Shown here piece by piece: positions 16,097 through 25,088 of a stretch of DNA of 32,294 nt (positions are counted from its first letter, which is position 1; the number at the start of each line of letters is the position of its first letter). Made by a program: the position numbers and the translations under genes. The DNA comes from Phycisphaerae bacterium (GTDB lineage Bacteria > Planctomycetota > Phycisphaerae > WQYP01), in assembly GCA_027344975.1 (NCBI GenBank), contig DAHWIP010000001.1, forward strand, positions 1-32,294, read 5' to 3'. The notes under the pieces are model-generated. The model was not told where the DNA came from, searched no databases, and was given only the letters and a program-made list of their open reading frames with translations.

Positions 16097-16966
16097 ATGG
16101 GTGGGGGAGCGGCATTCGTCGCCTACCATTTCAACGCCCGCACAGGAAGCGTATGCATAGCAATTATTGCGGTTGCGATTGCCATCATTGTTTCCATCGC
16201 CGTCAAGGTTTCGGAACAGTGGGATAAAGTGCTGGTATTGCGGCTGGGTAAATTCCACGCCCTTAAGGGACCGGGGTTATTTTGCATCATACCGATTGTT
16301 GATGCAATTCCCTATTGGATCGACACCCGTGTCATCACGACCGGATTCAAGGCGGAAAAGACGCTCACCAAGGACACCGTGCCCGTGGATGTGGATGCCG
16401 TGCTTTATTGGAAGGTCGTGGACCCGAAGAAAGCGGCCCTCGATGTGGCCGACTATCGACTCGCCATAAATTGGGCTTCGCAAACAGCCCTGCGTGACGT
16501 GATCGGCAAAACGATGCTTTCCGACATGCTTGAGGGCCGGGATAAAATCAGCGGCCTGCTGCAGAAAATTCTCAGCGAACGTGCCGACCCCTGGGGTATC
16601 GGTATTATCTCGGTGGAGGTCAAGGATGTGTTAATTCCCCAGGCTCTTGAGAATGCGATGTCGATGCAGGCCCAGGCGGAAAGAGAGCGGCAGGCCCGCG
16701 TGATTTTGGGAGATTCAGAGCGACAGATAGCGGAGAAATTTTTTGAGGCGGCGAAAACGTATCAGCACAATCCGGTCGCTTTTCATTTACGGGCCATGAA
16801 CATGCTGTATGAGGGTTTGAAGCAGAATGCCAAGATCGTCATTGTTCCAAGCACCGCATTGGAATCCATGCAACTTGGGGGTATCGCCGGTTTGACGGCG
16901 TTGACGATGGGCATGACTAAAGAGGATGAAGGGGATGGTAAAAAAGCGGAGGCCGAAGGGCAGTAA
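16097..16966 (+). CDS. SPFH/Band 7 (stomatin-like) membrane protein
   Basis: 289-aa ORF with an N-terminal TM helix, then VLVLRLGKFHALKGPGLFCIIPIVD...TKDTVPVDVDAVLYWKVVDP...ALENAMSMQAQAERERQARV, all typical SPFH blocks. Confidence 0.9.
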   Translation: MGGGAAFVAYHFNARTGSVCIAIIAVAIAIIVSIAVKVSEQWDKVLVLRLGKFHALKGPGLFCIIPIVDAIPYWIDTRVITTGFKAEKTLTKDTVPVDVDAVLYWKVVDPKKAALDVADYRLAINWASQTALRDVIGKTMLSDMLEGRDKISGLLQKILSERADPWGIGIISVEVKDVLIPQALENAMSMQAQAERERQARVILGDSERQIAEKFFEAAKTYQHNPVAFHLRAMNMLYEGLKQNAKIVIVPSTALESMQLGGIAGLTALTMGMTKEDEGDGKKAEAEGQ

Positions 16967-17219
16967 TTACCGGGTTCCAATGCTGAGAATCCATCCGGGC
17001 AACAGAAATGTCGCAAGCGACGCCTGCGGGACTCTGCACCATCGCCTGAAAGTGGGACGGATGCAATGCCCGCCCATCGGCAACTTTTCGTGGCCAGATG
17101 CGTATAAGCAACTATAATCGGCGGAATAGCTGAAGGTGACGTATCAGGGATCATCCCCTTAAGTTCAGCTCAGGCCGGCGGCGGAACTTCGCCGGATATC
17201 AGTGGTTAGGACATGCATC

Positions 17220-18572
17220 ATGGCGGAGCCTGCAAGAGTTGTGGAGCCCGTGTCAGCTCCGGCGGCCGCGCCAGCACCCACCTTGGCAGATCAGATTCGT
17301 CGCGGACGGATGTTTTTCATTGCCATGGCCGTTGCCTATACGCTGGGTAATTTTAACGACAACTTCAACAAGCAGGCGGTAAGCCTGCTCGCCCTCAGCC
17401 ATCATCACACCGGGTTGCCGGGCCTGATTACGATATTGTTTACCATTCCCTTTCTGTTGTTTTATGCGGCGGCGGGGTGGTTGGCAGATCGGTTTCCCAG
17501 ACGCCGGGTCATTATCGCCTCAAAAATCATGGAACTGATATTTCTGGGCCTCGGCGGCGTAGGCATTATGACGTTGAATTGGCCGTTGATTGTGGCCGTC
17601 ATTTTTCTGATGGCGGTTCAAGCCACCATTTTCGGCCCGGCCCTGAGCGGCTGCATTCCGGATGTCTATCCCGAATGCCATGTGGTCCATGCCAACGCCC
17701 GGCTCACATCGGTCACCACCGCCGGAATATTGCTTGGTGTTGTCAGCGCAGGACTGGCGCTGAATCTCAAGGGAACGGTGTATGGGCTGCCGCTGGGTCG
17801 GCTCGTGGCGGCGTGCTCGCTGGTGGGGATTTCCACTATCGGATTGCTTGTGAGTTTCGCGATTCCCTATCGACCGGCAGGTAATCCCAAGGAGCCTTTT
17901 CCATGGCTCGGTCCCGTGAATTCGCTCAAAGACCTGTGGGATTTACGTACCGACGGGCTATTGACCGCTTCCGTCATCACCTATGCCTATTTCTGGTTCA
18001 TAGCCGGCCTGCAGATCCTTTTCATCAATAAAATGGGTAAGGTGCAATTTGGATTAAGCGACGCCACCACCAGTTATCTCGCCCTAGCGGAAATGCTGGG
18101 CGTGGTCATTGGATCGCTGGCAGCCGGCAGGATAATCGCGAGAGATAACGGCTTGTGGGTCACACCCCGAGCCACGGCGGCCCTGGCCGTATTTTTGGCA
18201 CTCTCAGGAATGGCACCGGCTCTTCCGGGGCCCGGCAAAATTATATTTTTGCTTTCCATGCTGGCTTGCGCTGGCGTGGCCGGGGGTCTCATGATGGTGC
18301 CGCTGAACAGTTTTTTTCAGACGCGCCCCACTCCTGCCAAGCGAGGACGCGTGATTGCCGCATCCGGATTCGCCTCCTCCGTGGGTTTACTGGTGGCGGG
18401 AATCATTTACATACCGTTACAAAAATACATGCAATCCTCGACCATTTTCATCTATATGGGGCTGATTACACTGCCGGCCGCATTGGCGATTTTCCCGATT
18501 TTTAAGCGGAATGATTCCGCAGCGCACAAAAATAAAGACCGGCGGAACCGCCACTCGCACGGCGGAGGTTAG
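17220..18572 (+). CDS. MFS transporter (LplT-like architecture)
   Basis: The track start is 17202; ATG 17220 is likelier. The product has about 12 predicted TM helices. The MFS loop motif AGWLADRFPRRRV and the N-terminal FNDNFNKQA resemble lysophospholipid-transporter-type MFS proteins. The subfamily call is tentative. Confidence 0.85.
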   Translation: MAEPARVVEPVSAPAAAPAPTLADQIRRGRMFFIAMAVAYTLGNFNDNFNKQAVSLLALSHHHTGLPGLITILFTIPFLLFYAAAGWLADRFPRRRVIIASKIMELIFLGLGGVGIMTLNWPLIVAVIFLMAVQATIFGPALSGCIPDVYPECHVVHANARLTSVTTAGILLGVVSAGLALNLKGTVYGLPLGRLVAACSLVGISTIGLLVSFAIPYRPAGNPKEPFPWLGPVNSLKDLWDLRTDGLLTASVITYAYFWFIAGLQILFINKMGKVQFGLSDATTSYLALAEMLGVVIGSLAAGRIIARDNGLWVTPRATAALAVFLALSGMAPALPGPGKIIFLLSMLACAGVAGGLMMVPLNSFFQTRPTPAKRGRVIAASGFASSVGLLVAGIIYIPLQKYMQSSTIFIYMGLITLPAALAIFPIFKRNDSAAHKNKDRRNRHSHGGG

Positions 18573-18649
18573 GCTCTCTCACGCCTGCAAATTTAGGATT
18601 GGCGGCGGGCCAGCGGGTGGTCGGCACGATGCAAGGGAATAGTGCATGG

Positions 18650-18688
18650 TTAAATAAAGAGGCCCGGCCGCTCTCTGTTCGGCCGGGC
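18650..18688 (-). terminator. Rho-independent terminator for the minus-strand PEP-CTERM gene pair
   Basis: A perfect 9-bp stem GCCCGGCCG (18662..18670) / CGGCCGGGC (18680..18688). On the minus strand it is followed by CTCTTTATTTAA. Confidence 0.5.
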
Positions 18689-18740
18689 GTATCCGAAAAC
18701 CTCACCGCGCGATCGCGTGGGTTGTTATTTTCGTTGGATT

Positions 18741-19538
18741 TCAGACCCGACGGCGCCACAGCAGAAGCGCTCCTGCCCCCGCCAAACCCATCAACCCCAT
18801 TGAAGCCGGCTCCGGGGTTGGGGTATTGCCGGCGATGGTATCGTTCAGGAACGTCATGGTGGCGGCTGATCCAGGATCAAGCGCCACGGTAAACTCCTCG
18901 GTCACCGAATAGGGCTGCGCGGGATAATTGGGCGAGGGAATGAAGTTTATAAGACCGGTGCTGCCGGACACCGTGTCAACCAACGTGCTGGAGGTGAGCG
19001 CAATGGTCTTGGTGCTGCTCGGATCGGCCATGCCGAACGCCGTCCCGGCGGGATCGACATACTGCGTAAAGCGAAGGCTGCCGCTCTGGCCCGGTTGGCC
19101 GAAGGACAAACTCGCAGAAAGGGGGCTAACCTGAATGGTGCTGTGGGGCCCAACCGGTGGCGTGGTAAACAGAGCCGTCACGTAGAAATTCAGCGTTGCG
19201 ACGGTGCTGCCGGTGTTAACCATGTTGTTAATACCGCCAAGCTGGAAAGTTTTTGTCAGCGTATTGCTGGCCACCTCATCCACGTTAACCTGGGCGCTGG
19301 AAACGCTCATGCGGCCGTACGCCGAGCTTGAGAACGTCATCGGGCCCGATTCACTCGCGGAGTTAACACCGCCTGTAACCGAGTCGTTACTTGAACTCTG
19401 CCCCTGAAAAAGGTAGAAGCCTTCCGAATAGCCGGACGACAGAGTTGGATAGGTCGACGCCGCCATAACAGCGGGTGCGACCATGCCGGCGGCCAGAAAG
19501 GATGCGATCTGGATTTTTATATGTGATGTCTTCATCAT
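18741..19538 (-). CDS. Ser/Thr-rich secreted protein with PEP-CTERM sorting signal
   Basis: The track ORF runs to 19571; ATGATG at 19538 gives the signal peptide MMKTSHIKIQIASFLAAGMVAPAVMA. The C-terminus is TPTPEPASMGLMGLAGAGALLLWRRRV. Confidence 0.8.
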   Translation of the reverse strand: MMKTSHIKIQIASFLAAGMVAPAVMAASTYPTLSSGYSEGFYLFQGQSSSNDSVTGGVNSASESGPMTFSSSAYGRMSVSSAQVNVDEVASNTLTKTFQLGGINNMVNTGSTVATLNFYVTALFTTPPVGPHSTIQVSPLSASLSFGQPGQSGSLRFTQYVDPAGTAFGMADPSSTKTIALTSSTLVDTVSGSTGLINFIPSPNYPAQPYSVTEEFTVALDPGSAATMTFLNDTIAGNTPTPEPASMGLMGLAGAGALLLWRRRV

Positions 19539-19631
19539 AACACTATCTTTCAATAAAAAAAGGATAAACACTTACTTTCATTCATCGGCGAGAGATGCCC
19601 GCCATTTACATTAACGCGAGAAAGCAGCCGA

Positions 19632-20471
19632 TCACGATTTGCGGCGGCGTACGAAAAACAATGGTACTACCCCGGCCATTGCGAGAGCGGAGGACGCGGG
19701 CTCAGGTGTGGCAATGCCAGTGGGCACCACGGTTGAAATGGTATTGTCATTGAGCATGTCGAAATTCGCCACTGCATTGGCAGAGAGCGTGAGGACAACC
19801 TTTGAATCTATCGTGAACAAATCACCCGGTGACAATACAAGGGTACTCGCAGACGCTTTTGCACCCACCGAAAACGGCGTCGAACTGGCGTTGTAGGTGC
19901 CTGAGGAATAGGAAATCTGGGCGGAGGAACCGTTTGAGGTGTCCGGCGTTGCCGTGGTGGTGAATACGAACGTGGCGGCACCCGCGCCAATTTCGCCGCC
20001 GAAGCTTTCCTGCGCGTTATACAACTCGCTGCTCAGCGATCCACTGGCGACGAAGCCGGTATCCCGAATGTCGATTGCCAAAGTCTGAGTCCTCCCGGTT
20101 GTATTCGTGATGTTGACCGCATTGGCGTTGATACTGTTGCCACCTGACAGTTTGCTGTAGATGCTTGACGCACCAGCGACATTCACCGTCACGCCATTGC
20201 TGCTCGCATTCTGTAACTGAAACGAGCTACCGGAGCTGAATATCTGCGGGTTACTCGATCCGATGGTAACCGTCAATTCAGGCAATGCTTGTACGGTGGC
20301 GGGAATTGCCGCCATCGCCGCGATGGCAACAAATGCGCCGGCCGTGATCATCTTCCTCGTCTGCCCTGATGCAAACATTGCAGATCGCCCCGGACTTCCG
20401 ACGGCGACATCATGGTTCGCATCGGGTCGCGACCTTCCTTTATTTTCGTCGATTTCCAAATGGTTCTTCAC
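19632..20471 (-). CDS. Ser/Thr-rich secreted protein with PEP-CTERM sorting signal
   Basis: The track ORF runs to 20747, but that would lie upstream of the predicted promoter. Candidate starts are GTG 20471 (7 nt after AGGAG), ATG 20378 and ATG 20351 (MITAGAFVAIAAMAAIPATVQA signal). The C-terminus is ATPEPASSALAMAGVVPLFFVRRRKS. Confidence 0.75.
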   Translation of the reverse strand: MKNHLEIDENKGRSRPDANHDVAVGSPGRSAMFASGQTRKMITAGAFVAIAAMAAIPATVQALPELTVTIGSSNPQIFSSGSSFQLQNASSNGVTVNVAGASSIYSKLSGGNSINANAVNITNTTGRTQTLAIDIRDTGFVASGSLSSELYNAQESFGGEIGAGAATFVFTTTATPDTSNGSSAQISYSSGTYNASSTPFSVGAKASASTLVLSPGDLFTIDSKVVLTLSANAVANFDMLNDNTISTVVPTGIATPEPASSALAMAGVVPLFFVRRRKS

Positions 20472-20557
20472 AACACTACTCCTGAAAACATGGTGTAAAC
20501 GTGGTCGTGCGCCCACGGATTTGATCCATAAAAAAACGCCGGACGCCACACCCTCTA

Positions 20558-20573
20558 TGCAATTGGGAGGCCA
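20558..20573 (-). promoter_or_regulatory. Sigma-54 (-24/-12) promoter match, drives PEP-CTERM gene pair
   Basis: The minus strand reads TGGCCTCCCAATTGCA with correct GG-N10-GC spacing and -12 AATTGCA. It is intergenic, upstream of all plausible starts of the 19632.. gene. Confidence 0.55.
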
Positions 20574-20826
20574 ATCGGTGAAGATATCGCAACCACCCGG
20601 GCCGGTTTGCTTGGCCAGCGAAATAAAATCCGCAGAATTCTGCAACAGGCCGGAGCCGGCGCTGTGACGATGGGTTACTCGGGGCAAACTACCCGCTAAA
20701 TCGCCATAAATGCCGATATATCGGTGTTCTACAGGGCTCAGCCACATATGGAACTTTGGCTTGTGACAACAGCCTGAGACGGCAGGTGCAGGCGCGATCG
20801 CGAAGCAACGCGATTGAAACTACCAG

Positions 20827-21175
20827 AGATATTTTATTATCGATACACCCGTCATTTGCTTTTAGGAGGAGGCGTGCTCTCGGCTCCTATTGGACGGCAC
20901 TTTTGCCGCTACGGCCAAAATGACGCGGGCATTTTGACTTAAGGAGAGCCCACTTTCGCGTCGGCATAGAGCGCCATGGCGAAAACGCGAGTACCCTCTT
21001 AAACGGCACAGGGATTGCACCAGCAGATACTCAGGTGGTGCAATGTCGCCTGAACGTCCGTTGAATCGCCCGAATGGTAAGGGCACAGGAAGTAAATATG
21101 GCTGATGCGATGCAGCGGTGGGGTATAGGCGGCAATTCCACATCATCGGAGATGGGCGAACACATAAGGAAGCTG
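20827..21175 (+). repeat. Copy B of the paralogous regulatory module (see 8773..9119)
   Basis: Same block order as copy A and identical distances. The first block lies 177 nt before the promoter and 271 nt before the ATG in both copies. Confidence 0.75.
21004..21019 (+). promoter_or_regulatory. Sigma-54 (-24/-12) promoter match (paralog of 8950..8965)
   Basis: CGGCACAGGGATTGCA with canonical spacing, 79 nt upstream of ATG 21098. Confidence 0.65.
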
Positions 21176-21346
21176 GCGGCGGCAGGTCATCCAGAAATTT
21201 GGTCGCGATTGATGGTCAATACCTTTACCACCACTTTTACGGTCGATGATCGTCCCATGTTGTTACGACAAGATTGCCGGAATGCCCGTATACCGCCGAA
21301 GTTCTCCACAAAACTGGCGTCAGTGGCTATTTTCGCATTCAAATGA
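21098..21346 (+). CDS. 82-aa ORF paralogous to the N-terminus of the GGDEF protein (small paralog or gene remnant)
   Basis: MADAMQRWGIGGNSTSSEMGEHIRKL... aligns with MSDTVPQQLGNNSTLTESFELYEQIR... of the 9044 gene. Later, EIWSRL...DDRPMLLRQDC aligns with IIWGRRIDDMLLKCLDD. No GGDEF domain follows. Coding status is uncertain. Confidence 0.3.
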   Translation: MADAMQRWGIGGNSTSSEMGEHIRKLAAAGHPEIWSRLMVNTFTTTFTVDDRPMLLRQDCRNARIPPKFSTKLASVAIFAFK

Positions 21347-21564
21347 CTGCCCGTAGATTATCTGTTGCGGGAGAAATGACTCTACTTGAACAATCGGTCG
21401 GAGAAATTTTATTTACCTCACCGGAGCCGAAAACGGCATTGGGGCAGCGATGGCGGCATTAAGCCTTCTTACGAATTCATCAGGCTGTTTACGGCGCGAA
21501 GCCATCCGGGCGGCACGGCGCCGGATTCATTTTTTGAATGTGGTGATTACTTGAGGGTGAATTA

Positions 21565-23256
21565 ATGAAAGGGGCGCCATTTATCCAGCCCAATGACCCA
21601 TCGGGGCGTAGGGCATTGAATTTTTCAGTACGACTCTGGTTCCTGATTATCGTTACCGGCATTGGCGCCGGATCAGGAGCATCATTGCTTATGGCATTAC
21701 TGGGGGCGGTGCAGCATTGGTGCTATTCCTACAGTAAGGGTGATTTTCAGCACGCGGCGGAGCTCGTGTCGCCTTGGCGGCATATCTGGATTATGGCGAC
21801 TGCGGGCCTGCTTGCGACCGGAGTGATCTGGTTCTTGAAGCATCACTGGCCCGGTAAGGACAGCGACATCCCGAAATCAATTTGGTTCAGGTCGGGGCAT
21901 CTGCCTTTCATTCGCACCATGATCGATGGGGCGCTGGCCATGACTATTGTGGGTATGGGAGCCTCGCTTGGCCGGGAAGGTGCACCGAAGCAGGTGGGCG
22001 CCGCCATTGCCGGCGTGCTTTCCGGATGGACAAAATTGGAACCTGCGGAGACCCGATTCTTAGTCGCCTGCGGTGCCGGTGCGGGTATGGGGGCTGTCTA
22101 TAATGTACCGCTTGGCGGAGCGCTGTTTACACTTGAGATACTGCTGGGAACCATGGCATTACCATTGATCCTGCCCGCGATTACCGCATCCTACGTGGCC
22201 ACCGCGGTTTCGTGGGTAACACTTCCAAATCGCGCCACCTATCGGGTGCCCCATTACCATTTTGTCGTGGGACAACTGCTCTGGGCGATGGTTTTCGGCC
22301 CTCTGGCTGGCATTGCGTCCGTATTATTCGTGCGATTGATTATTTACGCGGGTAGGCATAAGCCAAAAAGGGGCTGGTCCATACTGGCACCGCTTCCGGT
22401 GTTCACGTTACTGGGATGTGTGGCTATCGCATTTCCGCAATTGTTGGGTAACGGGAAAGATGTCACCGAATTGGCGTTTACGCATAAACTGGCCGTACCC
22501 CTGCTACTGGTGCTGATCTTCCTAAAACCACTGGCCACGTCAGGTTGCCTGGGCAGTGGGGCACCGGGCGGTCTTTTTACCCCGACCATTACCGTCGGAG
22601 CCGTGTTCGGAGGATTTTTCGGCCATCTATGGTCGCTGATTTGGCCGGGCGCAACGCCGGGAAGCTATGCCGTCATTGGGGCCGGTGCGGCATTGGCTGC
22701 AACCACGCAGGCCCCGCTCTCATCCATCGTTTTGCTGCTCGAGCTGACGCATCATACTCTGGGGATCTTGGTTCCGATTCTATCCGCCGTGGTCACCGCG
22801 ACCATAACGTCACGGTTGCTGGATCGTCGATCGCTCTACTCCGGGCCGATCAACGCGATTCGCCCGGCGATAGGAATAGCAAGATCAGCCCCGCCGATGT
22901 CATATCAAGCGGGCATCTGTTCGGACATTAATGTCATCTCGATATCTGCCAGTTACCAGGCAATTCTCCGGCGATTTTCCGGCTCGCTTGGCAGGCCAAC
23001 CATTCTGTACGTATTGGATGAAAATGGAGCGTTCGTCGGTCGTATCCGGCAGTCGGACCTGAACGCGTGTCGACCATTGGCCCGCGTTCTGAATATCGGT
23101 GCGGCCGCTGATATGGTGCACCCCGTGACATGCCTGCTTACGTCAATGCCCCTGCACGACGTCCAGCAGCTACTGGCTTGCGAGCCTGATGGAGAACTGC
23201 CCGTTGTCGATGCTGCCAGCGGCAACCTGTTCGGAGTGACGCGCCGAAAGGTATAA
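21565..23256 (+). CDS. ClC-family chloride channel / Cl-/H+ antiporter with C-terminal CBS pair
   Basis: 563-aa ORF with GREGAPKQVG (gating-Glu motif) and GSGAPGGLFTPTITVGA (GxFxP motif). It has many TM helices and a C-terminal ~130-aa CBS-like region (...ILYVLDENGAFVGRI..., ...ELPVVDAASGNLFGV...). Confidence 0.9.
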   Translation: MKGAPFIQPNDPSGRRALNFSVRLWFLIIVTGIGAGSGASLLMALLGAVQHWCYSYSKGDFQHAAELVSPWRHIWIMATAGLLATGVIWFLKHHWPGKDSDIPKSIWFRSGHLPFIRTMIDGALAMTIVGMGASLGREGAPKQVGAAIAGVLSGWTKLEPAETRFLVACGAGAGMGAVYNVPLGGALFTLEILLGTMALPLILPAITASYVATAVSWVTLPNRATYRVPHYHFVVGQLLWAMVFGPLAGIASVLFVRLIIYAGRHKPKRGWSILAPLPVFTLLGCVAIAFPQLLGNGKDVTELAFTHKLAVPLLLVLIFLKPLATSGCLGSGAPGGLFTPTITVGAVFGGFFGHLWSLIWPGATPGSYAVIGAGAALAATTQAPLSSIVLLLELTHHTLGILVPILSAVVTATITSRLLDRRSLYSGPINAIRPAIGIARSAPPMSYQAGICSDINVISISASYQAILRRFSGSLGRPTILYVLDENGAFVGRIRQSDLNACRPLARVLNIGAAADMVHPVTCLLTSMPLHDVQQLLACEPDGELPVVDAASGNLFGVTRRKV

Positions 23257-23590
23257 GGTGGTGTTCGGGGACATATTATTCCTGCCCAAGGGGCTTTTGG
23301 CGCGAATCAATCCGGAACTGGCACGTAAGCCACGCCGCCGGAAGACTCAAAGCCCCAGGCAGATCAAAAACCAACGGCTTGGGGATTCGCCGCGATTGAA
23401 GGCTAATAGTTTTATGACGGTGTCGGCGTCCGGACGAATGCGTCACGATGTGTCCTCCGCAAGGGGCAGTCTGTCGGGCGACCCCGACGAATTGTCATGG
23501 CAGGGCTGTTCGCAATAAGCCGGTGATGATTATCGCGGTGAATTCAGCCCATCGGCCACCTAATACAGACTTGGAAGAGGATAATATCTG

Positions 23591-23606
23591 CGGCACGGTA
23601 ATTGCA
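23591..23606 (+). promoter_or_regulatory. Sigma-54 (-24/-12) promoter match, drives hydrophilic disordered protein gene
   Basis: CGGCACGGTAATTGCA with canonical spacing and -12 AATTGCA, 107 nt upstream of ATG 23713. Confidence 0.65.
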
Positions 23607-23712
23607 TGGTATCTGGTTGTGTTCCGTTCCCAAAATGGTGGTGCGGCGTGAGCGTTCACTTATTCGCCATCTGCCGGGAAATGGACGGCCGTCTTTCCGT
23701 AAAGGTAACATT

Positions 23713-24075
23713 ATGAAAGAAGACAAGCGAAATTCCACGAAATCCAACGATCGCGATCAAAACTCCGATATGCGTGAGGAACCTCGCCAAGAGTCCGCTA
23801 AGCGCGACAATGAAGTTCCTAAACGCAACCGTGATAATCGCACCGATCGTGACGAATCGACTCAAGAACGGCAGGGCGAGCCGAAGCCGCAGCGCAATCC
23901 AATGAAAAAAGATTACGTACCTGACGAGTCCGACTCGGCTAAGAAACCCAGTGATGACCAATCAGGCTCCCAAGCTCCCGTACCGGGACATGGCGCCGAA
24001 TCACCGTTGATGAGTCTGGGGCAGCACGGAGGAGCTTATGACGACAAAAACCTCGATGATCCGGACGAATTCTGA
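23713..24075 (+). CDS. Highly charged, low-complexity (hydrophilin/LEA-like) intrinsically disordered protein
   Basis: The track ORF is 23602..24075; ATG 23713 lies downstream of the promoter match. The 120-aa product is dominated by D/E/K/R/N/S/Q (MKEDKRNSTKSNDRDQNSDMREEPRQESAKRDNEVPKRNRDNRTDRDESTQERQ...) and has no hydrophobic core. Confidence 0.55.
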   Translation: MKEDKRNSTKSNDRDQNSDMREEPRQESAKRDNEVPKRNRDNRTDRDESTQERQGEPKPQRNPMKKDYVPDESDSAKKPSDDQSGSQAPVPGHGAESPLMSLGQHGGAYDDKNLDDPDEF

Positions 24076-24251
24076 ACTGACAGCAATAGTTCTAAGGCAG
24101 ATTTCTCTCCCAGTGAAGTGATAGTACACCCGGTGGCCATGGGCGAATATCCCCAAGGTACTTGTTGGCAGCCGTTACCGCCACGTATCGGCAGAACGCA
24201 TCAAGTCAGTATCTGCCCGGGCGACCGGCCTTTCGAAGCGAGAAAGCGTCC

Positions 24252-24563
24252 ATGTTATACCAATTAAATCCGACCATTCCCATGCGATGTTCTCGTGGCG
24301 ATGGGTACGCCGTAGCTGTAATCGAATACAGCCAGGAGCACCACATACTCTGGGTGGTGGCACTTAACCCTTCAGGCGAAGTGTGGTGTCTGGCAAATTC
24401 GGAGATTAGCCTGCAGATCGATGGCAGCGTGCGGCATACATCTTTGCCGGAACAATATGCCGGGAGCCAGGGTCTGAGCATTGTGCGTCCGTCAAACGGG
24501 CGGCAGGTCAACGGCGACCGATTGATCGCCGGCCAAAGCGACGGCCAACAAACCGGTGCTTAG
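24252..24563 (+). CDS. Hypothetical protein (103 aa)
   Basis: The track ORF is 24162..24563; the ATG at 24252 gives MLYQLNPTIPMRCSRGDGYAVAVIEYSQEHHILWVVALNPSGEVWCLANSEI... It has globular-looking composition, but no family was recognised. Confidence 0.4.
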   Translation: MLYQLNPTIPMRCSRGDGYAVAVIEYSQEHHILWVVALNPSGEVWCLANSEISLQIDGSVRHTSLPEQYAGSQGLSIVRPSNGRQVNGDRLIAGQSDGQQTGA

Positions 24564-24704
24564 ATTTCCGCCTTGGCATCAACAGCCCTGCGGCGGGCCA
24601 CAGGGTGAAGCAGACACCACGTTCTGCGGTTATTTTCATAAAAAGCCACACCGAGGTGGCGGGAGTAACCTGGTCAAGGCCTGCCTTCGCGGACAACTTT
24701 CGGC

Positions 24705-24965
24705 TTATTCCGCCGAACGATCCACACTTCCGGCGTGATGATCGGTGGAAGTCGCCGGGCGTGGCGATGCCGCAGTCTGTGTATGTATTCCCACAGCTCT
24801 CGCTGCCTTATTCTTATCGGATTCCATTTTACCCGGGTGGACGGTCAACCGGGCTCCCACCTGATGAGAGCTCGTCGAGCCCGAAACGTTAAACCAACCA
24901 CGAAAGAATCCGACCACAAGCAGAACCGTGACTACGATTCCGACAAGTATTAGAAATGCTCGCAT
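24705..24965 (-). CDS. Small single-pass membrane protein
   Basis: 86-aa ORF with ATG 8 nt after AGGGG. The N-terminal TM helix is MRAFLILVGIVVTVLLVVGFF, followed by a hydrophilic tail. It is preceded by a sigma-54 promoter match. Confidence 0.6.
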   Translation of the reverse strand: MRAFLILVGIVVTVLLVVGFFRGWFNVSGSTSSHQVGARLTVHPGKMESDKNKAARAVGIHTQTAASPRPATSTDHHAGSVDRSAE

Positions 24966-25088
24966 GATATTACCCCTGGCCTTTCCGGCAATAAGACATT
25001 TTTACAATCTGCCCGGCAGTGCGCTGGTTGTTCCATTCGGGCCGGCACCGACAGGATAGCCAACTGACGTTCGCTACAATAAATGAGT

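Noticed and set aside
15713-16258. 181-aa minus-strand ORF bridging the 15779..16096 intergenic region and the SPFH gene start
   Set aside because: It has a basic low-complexity composition and no motifs. It overlaps the ends of two well-supported plus-strand genes.
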